From positions 990-64,989 of the forward strand of contig JAFGCQ010000004.1 of the NCBI GenBank assembly GCA_016932555.1: 64,000 nucleotides of DNA, in the 5' to 3' direction. Below the pieces are notes generated by a model. That model saw nothing but the letters and a program-made list of their open reading frames with translations, was not told the origin of the DNA and did not search any database. The position numbers were made by a program, and so were the translations under genes. Source of the DNA: Candidatus Zambryskiibacteriota bacterium (GTDB lineage Bacteria; Patescibacteriota; Minisyncoccia; Phycocordibacterales; WO2-35-19). The first letter of the stretch is position 1. Each line of letters opens with the position of its first letter. Positions 58,453 through 64,000 of this stretch are shown one piece after another.

Positions 58453-59724
58453 TTAATATTCTCTTGCAGAGATTTGAGCATCAACTTTTTTAACGAGATC
58501 AAGAACCACTGAAACTACGATAAGAAGTCCTGTACCGCCTATAGCCACTGCGCTGATACCAGTAGCCGCCCTTACTATTAAAGGCAAAACAGCAATTAAT
58601 CCCAAGAAAATAGCGCCAATCATGGTTAAACGGGAAAGGATTTTGGCTATATATGAGGAAGTCGAGGAACCGGGTCGAACTCCCGGAATAAAAGCACCGC
58701 CTCTCTGTAAATTTTTGGAAAGATTCTCCGGATCAAAAGTAATAGCTGTGTAGAAATAAGTAAAAACAAAAACTAATAAGAAGTAGGCAATGCCATAAAA
58801 AATCTGGTTAGAAAGCAAAGCAAGTAGAAATTCAGAAATCTTTTGGATTATAGTATTGTCTACATTAGCTAAAAAGCGGATTATCATTTGAGGAAAAAGT
58901 AATATGGAAAGAGCAAAAATTATAGGAATCACCCCAGCTTGATTAACTCTTAAAGGTAAATAAGTGGAAACTCCACCATACATTTTATTACCTCTAACTT
59001 GTTTAGCGTAAGTTATCGGTATGGGTCTTTCTGCTTCAGTAATAACTACTACACCCCAAATCACTGCTATGGCAGCCGCCAGAAAGCCAATATACATCGG
59101 CAATTGAGATGGATCAAAAGCAAATAAAAGCTGGCTAGTCGCACTGGGTAAAATAGCAACAATGCCGGCAAAAATGATAAGCGAGACTCCGTTACCAATA
59201 CCAAATTCAGATACTAACTCACCAAGCCACATAAGAAGCATTGAACCGGCAGCAATTACTATAAGATTTGTTAGCAATTCAAAACCAGCAAGTTTACTTA
59301 AAACATTCTGATTTTGAAGAAGAATAATAAAAGCATAACCTTGCATTAAAGCTAGAGGCACAGTCAAAAATCTTGAATATTGAGAAAATTTTCTGCGTCC
59401 TAATTCACCCTCTTCTTGATACATAGCCTTGAGTTTAGGAAACATAACAGTCATAAGCTGCATAATAATAGAAGCGGTAATATATGGCGACACACCGAGC
59501 ATAATAATTGAAAGATTAGACAAACCACCACCCGAAAAGATATTTAAAAGTCCAAAGAAATCATTATCAGACATAAACTGCTCTAATTTAAAAGTATCAA
59601 TACCGGGAATTGGGATAGAGGCCATCAAACGGAAGAGAGCCAACATTACAAGGGTAAAAATTATTCTCTTTCTTAAATTTTTATCCCCTAAGACTAATTT
59701 TATTTTGTGAATAAAATTTTGCAT
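58453..59724 (-). CDS. secY: Preprotein translocase subunit SecY
   Basis: Ten-TM SecY sequence; follows rplO. Confidence 0.95.
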   Translation of the reverse strand: MQNFIHKIKLVLGDKNLRKRIIFTLVMLALFRLMASIPIPGIDTFKLEQFMSDNDFFGLLNIFSGGGLSNLSIIMLGVSPYITASIIMQLMTVMFPKLKAMYQEEGELGRRKFSQYSRFLTVPLALMQGYAFIILLQNQNVLSKLAGFELLTNLIVIAAGSMLLMWLGELVSEFGIGNGVSLIIFAGIVAILPSATSQLLFAFDPSQLPMYIGFLAAAIAVIWGVVVITEAERPIPITYAKQVRGNKMYGGVSTYLPLRVNQAGVIPIIFALSILLFPQMIIRFLANVDNTIIQKISEFLLALLSNQIFYGIAYFLLVFVFTYFYTAITFDPENLSKNLQRGGAFIPGVRPGSSTSSYIAKILSRLTMIGAIFLGLIAVLPLIVRAATGISAVAIGGTGLLIVVSVVLDLVKKVDAQISAREY

Positions 59725-59729
59725 TCAAT

Positions 59730-60149
59730 TTATTTGCTTAAATTTTTGACCTTTTTTGAAGTTTCAATATTTTCAAAAATAAAGTTTTTCTTTATTTCTT
59801 TATCAGCTAAAATTTTTGCTTTCGGAATTCGGCCGTTCTTTTTATTTATAATACCTTTTTCTAACAAAACTTGATGATTTATCTTATCTCCTGCAGAAAA
59901 ATTTTTATCTAAAATGGAAAGCTTTATTGGCATAGCTTTTTCAAGTCGAGACTTAAGAAAATTTTTACCTCGACCTCTTAATTTTGGTAATTTTTTAATT
60001 ATATCACGCATTTCTGGTCTTTTTTTCCTGCCGGCCCTGGCATTTTGGCCTTTGGTGCCGCGACCAGAAGTCTTGCCGCGTTTACCCCCCCGACCAATTT
60101 TTTTGGCTTTCCGATTAGTTCTATTTTTTTTTAAATTATGGAATTGCAT
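59730..60149 (-). CDS. rplO: 50S ribosomal protein L15
   Basis: GRGGKRGKTSGRGTKGQ motif. Confidence 0.85.
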   Translation of the reverse strand: MQFHNLKKNRTNRKAKKIGRGGKRGKTSGRGTKGQNARAGRKKRPEMRDIIKKLPKLRGRGKNFLKSRLEKAMPIKLSILDKNFSAGDKINHQVLLEKGIINKKNGRIPKAKILADKEIKKNFIFENIETSKKVKNLSK

Positions 60150-60177
60150 TGCACGAATATTACTAATAAGATTAAGT

Positions 60178-60789
60178 CTAAGAATTAATTTTTACTTTTT
60201 CTTTATTTTTCTCTTTCAGTTGTAAAAGAGCTTTTACCGCAGCTCTGGCAATATTAAGCTTGTTTTTTGATCTGGAAAGAATTTTTGAAGAAACTTCTTT
60301 TATCCCAGCCAGTTCGAGAACTACTCTCACTGCACTGCCAGCAATCACTCCTTTCCCAGGAGCAGGATTAAGAAATATTTCAGCACTAGCGTATTTGGTA
60401 TTTACCGGATGAGCAATAGAGCCTTTGTCAGTTAAAGATACTTTAATTATATGTTTTTTTGCGTCTCGGATAGCTTTTTCTATGGCAATAGGAGTATCAC
60501 CAGCTTTACCAATACCCACACCCACTCTGCCTTTTCTATCGCCAATTACTACCACAATACTAAAACTGAACCTGCGACCACCGGCAACTACTCTGGTTAC
60601 TCTTCTAATGTCTATTATTTTATTATCAAACTCTTGTTTAACCCTTGCCGGACGTCGAGAAGGTCGGCGTTCATTTTTTTGTCGAAATTTAGTTTTATTT
60701 TCATTTTTAAAATTGTTGTTTATTTTAGTTTTTTTATCAGTTTTTTCAACTTCTTTTCTATCTTCTTTTTTTATTTCTTTTTCTTCCAT
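60178..60789 (-). CDS. rpsE: 30S ribosomal protein S5 with Lys/Glu-rich N-terminal extension of about 55 aa
   Basis: RVTRVVAGGRRFSF...GVGIGKA core. Confidence 0.9.
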   Translation of the reverse strand: MEEKEIKKEDRKEVEKTDKKTKINNNFKNENKTKFRQKNERRPSRRPARVKQEFDNKIIDIRRVTRVVAGGRRFSFSIVVVIGDRKGRVGVGIGKAGDTPIAIEKAIRDAKKHIIKVSLTDKGSIAHPVNTKYASAEIFLNPAPGKGVIAGSAVRVVLELAGIKEVSSKILSRSKNKLNIARAAVKALLQLKEKNKEKVKINS

Positions 60790-60800
60790 AATAATTTTAA

Positions 60801-61148
60801 TTAAAACTCTAAACCAGCCTTCCTGGCACCCTGGGCTAAAGCAGCAATTCTACCAGTATAAAGATAGCCCTCTCTATCAAATACTACTTTAGTGATTTTT
60901 TTGGTTTTAGCTTGTTTAGCGATTTCTGCCCCAACTTCACCTGCTTTATCTAAAACCGATTTACTTTTAATGTTTTTGCTAGAAGCAAAAGCTAAACTTA
61001 CACCTTTTTCATCATCAATAAGTTGAGCAGAAATATATTTATTCGATCTAAAAACAGAGAGTCTGGGTCTTTCTGCTACACCAAAAATTTTAGCTTTTAT
61101 ACGCTTTTTTCTCCTGTTTCTTTTTTCTGTTTTTAATTTAGTATTCAT
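60801..61148 (-). CDS. rplR: 50S ribosomal protein L18
   Basis: [20 protein letters not shown] motif. Confidence 0.9.
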   Translation of the reverse strand: MNTKLKTEKRNRRKKRIKAKIFGVAERPRLSVFRSNKYISAQLIDDEKGVSLAFASSKNIKSKSVLDKAGEVGAEIAKQAKTKKITKVVFDREGYLYTGRIAALAQGARKAGLEF

Positions 61149-61153
61149 AACTT

Positions 61154-61705
61154 TTAAACTGTTTTCTTACCTTGTTTTCTTCTTATAATTTCATTCTCAT
61201 AACGAAAACCCTTGCCTTTATAAGGTTCCGGTTTTTTTAAGCTTCTTACTTTGGCAGTAAAAGCTCCGACTAACTCTTTATCAAAACCAAATATAGTAAT
61301 GAGATTCTTTTCAGCTTTTACTTCCAAGCCGTCAGGGATTAGAACTTCTACCGGATGGGAAAAACCCAGAGAAAGAATCAACTTATTGCCTGCCTGCGCA
61401 GGCAGGCCATTAACTTGGGATTTAAAACCTACGCCTTCTAATACTAATTTTTTTTCAAAACCATCATTAACTCCTTTTATCATGTTTTTTATATGAGAGG
61501 CATAAGTACCCCATAGAGCCTTAGTTTGATTATTTTCTTTGGGTATAGAAAGATTGATATGATTTTCTTCAATTTTAATTACTACATCATCACGAAATTT
61601 TCTTTCCAATAAACCTTTTGGACCTTTCACAAAAAAAACGTTATCTTTTAAGGAGACTTCTGTACCTGGTAGTATCTTTATTTCTTTTTTACCTATTCTT
61701 GACAT
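61154..61705 (-). CDS. rplF: 50S ribosomal protein L6
   Basis: MSRIGKK start; two L6 repeats; carries the insert GLPAQAG before [12 protein letters not shown]. Confidence 0.9.
   Translation of the reverse strand: MSRIGKKEIKILPGTEVSLKDNVFFVKGPKGLLERKFRDDVVIKIEENHINLSIPKENNQTKALWGTYASHIKNMIKGVNDGFEKKLVLEGVGFKSQVNGLPAQAGNKLILSLGFSHPVEVLIPDGLEVKAEKNLITIFGFDKELVGAFTAKVRSLKKPEPYKGKGFRYENEIIRRKQGKKTV
61388..61407. repeat. 20-nt perfect palindrome GCCTGCCTGCGCAGGCAGGC, in-frame in rplF
   Basis: Self-complementary; same core as 1432-1449. Confidence 0.9.
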
Positions 61706-61731
61706 AATTATTTATAGTGAGCGTAGTCGAA

Positions 61732-62124
61732 CTACCAAATATTAAACAAATGTTCTCCTCCTAAATTTTCTTTTTTAGCATCAACATCGGTTCTAATACC
61801 TTCAGGAGTCGAAAAAATCGACATGCCAAAACCTTTCTTAAAAATTTTTATGTCCTTAGCTTTAGTATATAAGCGTCTTGATGGCTTAGAAATTCTTTTA
61901 ACTTCAGAGATTACCGGTTTTCCATCCTCTTGATATAATAATTCTACCTCCAGAGATTTTGTGCTGCCGCGACTTTTTTGACTTACATTACCAAGATAAT
62001 TTTTAACAGACAAAAGTTCAGCAATAGCAAGCTTTAAATTGGAAAAAGGCACGGAAACTTTTTCCTTTTTCATAATACTTGCATTCTTCACTCTTATTAT
62101 AAAATCTCCTATTGGATCGTTCAT
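61732..62124 (-). CDS. rpsH: 30S ribosomal protein S8
   Basis: MNDPIGDFIIRVKNA start. Confidence 0.9.
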   Translation of the reverse strand: MNDPIGDFIIRVKNASIMKKEKVSVPFSNLKLAIAELLSVKNYLGNVSQKSRGSTKSLEVELLYQEDGKPVISEVKRISKPSRRLYTKAKDIKIFKKGFGMSIFSTPEGIRTDVDAKKENLGGEHLFNIW

Positions 62125-62163
62125 ATATTTTCTAGGCAGTATCCTGAGCGTTAGCTGAAGGAC

Positions 62164-62349
62164 TTACCAAGAAGCTTTTTTAACTCCTGGAATTCTTCCT
62201 TCGTTAGCAAGTTCTCGAAAACAAATCCGACACAAATCAAAATCTCTCATATAACCTCTACTGCGACCACATTTAAAACAGCGTCTTACAGCTCTGGTTT
62301 TAAATTTAGGCTTTTTTTGAGCCCTTGCTATAACTGAAGTTTTTGCCAT
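62164..62349 (-). CDS. rpsN: 30S ribosomal protein S14, type Z (zinc-binding, 61 aa)
   Basis: [10 protein letters not shown]...CRICFRE Cys motif; ends KASW. Confidence 0.9.
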   Translation of the reverse strand: MAKTSVIARAQKKPKFKTRAVRRCFKCGRSRGYMRDFDLCRICFRELANEGRIPGVKKASW

Positions 62350-62364
62350 TTCTATTATTAAATC

Positions 62365-62384
62365 CGTCCGTCAGCCGACGGACG
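62365..62384 (-). other. Stem-loop between the RT stop and the rpsN start
   Basis: CGTCCGTC-AGCC-GACGGACG. Confidence 0.5.
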
Positions 62385-62419
62385 AGACCTTCTAAAACTA
62401 ACAAATATATTAAAAAAAA

Positions 62420-63424
62420 TCAAGCGCTTTGCTGTCTTGAGATAACAACGAAGCGTTTACCGTGTCTATTTTTTGGAATGTTTCTATTTAGTTTTTGCAG
62501 TAGTTTAATTTTTAAATCTCTGGAACGGCAGTGATGTAAAAGACCGTTATAAGATGAGAAATTTTTGTCAGTCACCCTATTAAATATTCTTCTTTTAGTT
62601 TTAGTTCTCAAAACTCTATGGTACGGGAAGCAAATATAACCCAAATAATCGATGCCGCTGGCATATGTTTTAAGGATAATTTTTTCAGGGTGGATTTTTA
62701 GCTTCAAATTCTGCCAGCAAAAATCTCGAATCTTAGGTATGCAAGATTCCAGAAAATTTTTATCAGGATGCATCAAAACAAAATCATCAGTATATCTAAT
62801 ATAGCCCTTTACTTTTAAATCATGCTTCACGAACTGATCAAATTTGTTCATAAAAATATTGGCAAATATTTGAGAAGTCAGATTGCCAAGAGGTATGCCG
62901 CAATTGAAACTTTCAACAATGTCCTTGGTTAGGATGATAAGCTCTTTATCAAAAGTCTTTTCCTCTAATATCCGCAGAAGCTTATTATGATCGACAGATT
63001 CAAAAAACTTTCTTATATCCAACTTCAGCACCCAGATAGTTTTGCTGTTATTTCGGGAAATTTTGAGTCCTATTTTGTGGAGTCTTTTAACCGCAGCATG
63101 AGTGCCTTTATATTTTCTGGAAGACCAAGAGTCAAAGATAAATTTTTTATCCCACATTGGCTCTATGACTCTGATTATGGCATGGTGCAAAAGTCTGTCT
63201 CTAACGCTGGCTTTGTTAATGTGCCTCCTTTTGGGATCACTTATATAGAAAGAAAAATATCCGCCATGCCTGTAATTACCGCTTTTCAAATCCTCATGCA
63301 GTTTGAAAATGTTATCTTCCAAACCAAGCTCGAATTCCGCCACATCTTTCTTGCCTCGCTTATCCTTGCGAAACTCAGCCCAAGCGTCGAAGAGATTTTT
63401 TAATGAAATAATTTTTTCAAACAT
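62420..63424 (-). CDS. Diversity-generating-retroelement-type reverse transcriptase
   Basis: RT motifs 1-7 readable: DPKRRHINKASVRDRLLHH, LKLDIRKFFESVDH, GIPLGNLTSQIFANIF, YTDDFVL, GIDYLGY. Start set at MFEKIISLKNLFDAW. Confidence 0.85.
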   Translation of the reverse strand: MFEKIISLKNLFDAWAEFRKDKRGKKDVAEFELGLEDNIFKLHEDLKSGNYRHGGYFSFYISDPKRRHINKASVRDRLLHHAIIRVIEPMWDKKFIFDSWSSRKYKGTHAAVKRLHKIGLKISRNNSKTIWVLKLDIRKFFESVDHNKLLRILEEKTFDKELIILTKDIVESFNCGIPLGNLTSQIFANIFMNKFDQFVKHDLKVKGYIRYTDDFVLMHPDKNFLESCIPKIRDFCWQNLKLKIHPEKIILKTYASGIDYLGYICFPYHRVLRTKTKRRIFNRVTDKNFSSYNGLLHHCRSRDLKIKLLQKLNRNIPKNRHGKRFVVISRQQSA

Positions 63425-63808
63425 ATGAATAGAAACAACAATAATAAAACAGCGGAGCAAACACCATTCTTTCAAGCAGTTTATAAATTGTATCTATCAT
63501 GGTATGTCAGATGCGGACAACTGCCAAAGAAAGACAGGTTTACCATTGGACAGAAGACGGAAAACTTGCTTCTGGAAATTCTCCTGTTAACGGTGACTGC
63601 CTACCACACAAGCAGCTTGGATTTAAAGAGACAATCATTACTCAAAGCCAATACTACTCTTGAATGCGTTAAAATCAGCATTAGATTGGCAAAGGACATC
63701 AAAGCTCTGGAGCAGCATTGGTACATAGATTATCAGAGAAGAATCCAAGAGATGGGCAAGATGCTCGGCGGCTGGATTGCCAGCACTTACAACAAAACGG
63801 GCAAGTAA
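63425..63808 (+). CDS. avd: Avd-like four-helix-bundle accessory protein
   Basis: LPKKDRFTIGQKTENLLLEIL ... IQEMGKMLGGWI pattern; adjacent to the RT. Confidence 0.75.
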   Translation: MNRNNNNKTAEQTPFFQAVYKLYLSWYVRCGQLPKKDRFTIGQKTENLLLEILLLTVTAYHTSSLDLKRQSLLKANTTLECVKISIRLAKDIKALEQHWYIDYQRRIQEMGKMLGGWIASTYNKTGK

Positions 63809-63822
63809 TTTGCCCGTTTTGT
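63792..63822. terminator. 13-bp perfect hairpin with the avd stop codon in its loop
   Basis: ACAAAACGGGCAA-GTAAT-TTGCCCGTTTTGT. Confidence 0.6.
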
Positions 63823-63839
63823 CTGCATGAGAGCGACTT

Positions 63840-63979
63840 CGGAGGGAAACGACACCGAGATTGTCATTCCGATTGTCGGGGTTATTGCCATTGACGTTCA
63901 CGCCATTACGGTCAGCATTGCCGACATACACCAGATTGCCGTCAGAGGCGAGAGTCGTTTCTGCATCACTCCATCCGGA
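63840..63979 (-). repeat. Candidate DGR template repeat (TR; VR not excluded)
   Basis: On the RT strand: aat gct gac cgt aat ggc gtg aac gtc aat ggc aat aac ccc gac aat cgg aat gac aat ctc ggt (NADRNGVNVNGNNPDNRNDNLG). An in-frame TGA at 63980-63982 lies just upstream. Confidence 0.45.
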
Positions 63980-64000
63980 TCAAAGGCCGTAACCGGACAG

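Noticed and set aside
63638-63931. 97-aa ORF (GTG start) covering the Asn-rich repeat, considered as the DGR target protein
   Set aside because: Most of it is antisense to the well-supported avd gene. It has an in-frame TGA just upstream of the repeat and no credible N-terminal domain. The Asn-codon block is better explained as a non-coding TR, or as the end of a gene outside the window.
63980-63982. Possibility that TGA is recoded (as in Gracilibacteria/SR1), which would open the Asn-rich frame
   Set aside because: TGA terminates several well-supported genes here: folA at 29690-29692, the HIT gene at 30172-30174 and the minor pilin at 10053-10055. Standard code 11 fits.

Overview
AT-rich bacterial window with nearly all genes on the minus strand. 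The gene content looks like a small-genome Candidate Phyla Radiation (Patescibacteria/Parcubacteria-like) organism; that placement is inference from content, not a phylogeny. Recognisable content: (i) three separated blocks of the ribosomal-protein supercluster: S19..L5 at 22.7-26.3 kb, tuf-S10..L2 plus L19 at 40.3-45.1 kb, and S14..L15-secY-adk-map-ndk at 55.2-62.3 kb, with no L30 gene; (ii) secE-nusG-rplK; (iii) a complete type IV pilus/competence-like locus at 9.5-21.7 kb; (iv) gatCA, ligA, argS, folD, nusA, tig, clpP, rny and a two-component system; (v) a pyrimidine/folate module with a divergent ThyA-like gene, folA, a HIT gene, a dCMP-deaminase fusion and a cytidylyltransferase; (vi) seven tRNA genes, two of them atypical. 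Main hunt results: (1) a diversity-generating retroelement core at the right edge (DGR-type RT, divergent Avd, an Asn-codon-rich template-like repeat, hairpin), directly upstream of rpsN, with its partner repeat outside the window; (2) several families of short GC-rich palindromic or hairpin elements that stand out in the AT-rich background and sit in-frame inside conserved housekeeping genes (L6, FolD, GatA, trigger factor, a beta-CASP nuclease, a metalloprotease), reminiscent of Rickettsia palindromic elements; (3) a 1.2 kb two-gene module (DUF559 endonuclease plus a DUF5680-like gene) bracketed by such elements and inserted between secY and adk; (4) a 100-nt intergenic element, 99/100 identical, present in two different ribosomal/translation operons, with shorter related copies in two more; (5) heptanucleotide tandem repeats in a minor-pilin leader and in pilD. 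All coordinates and alignments were done by eye. No database search was run.
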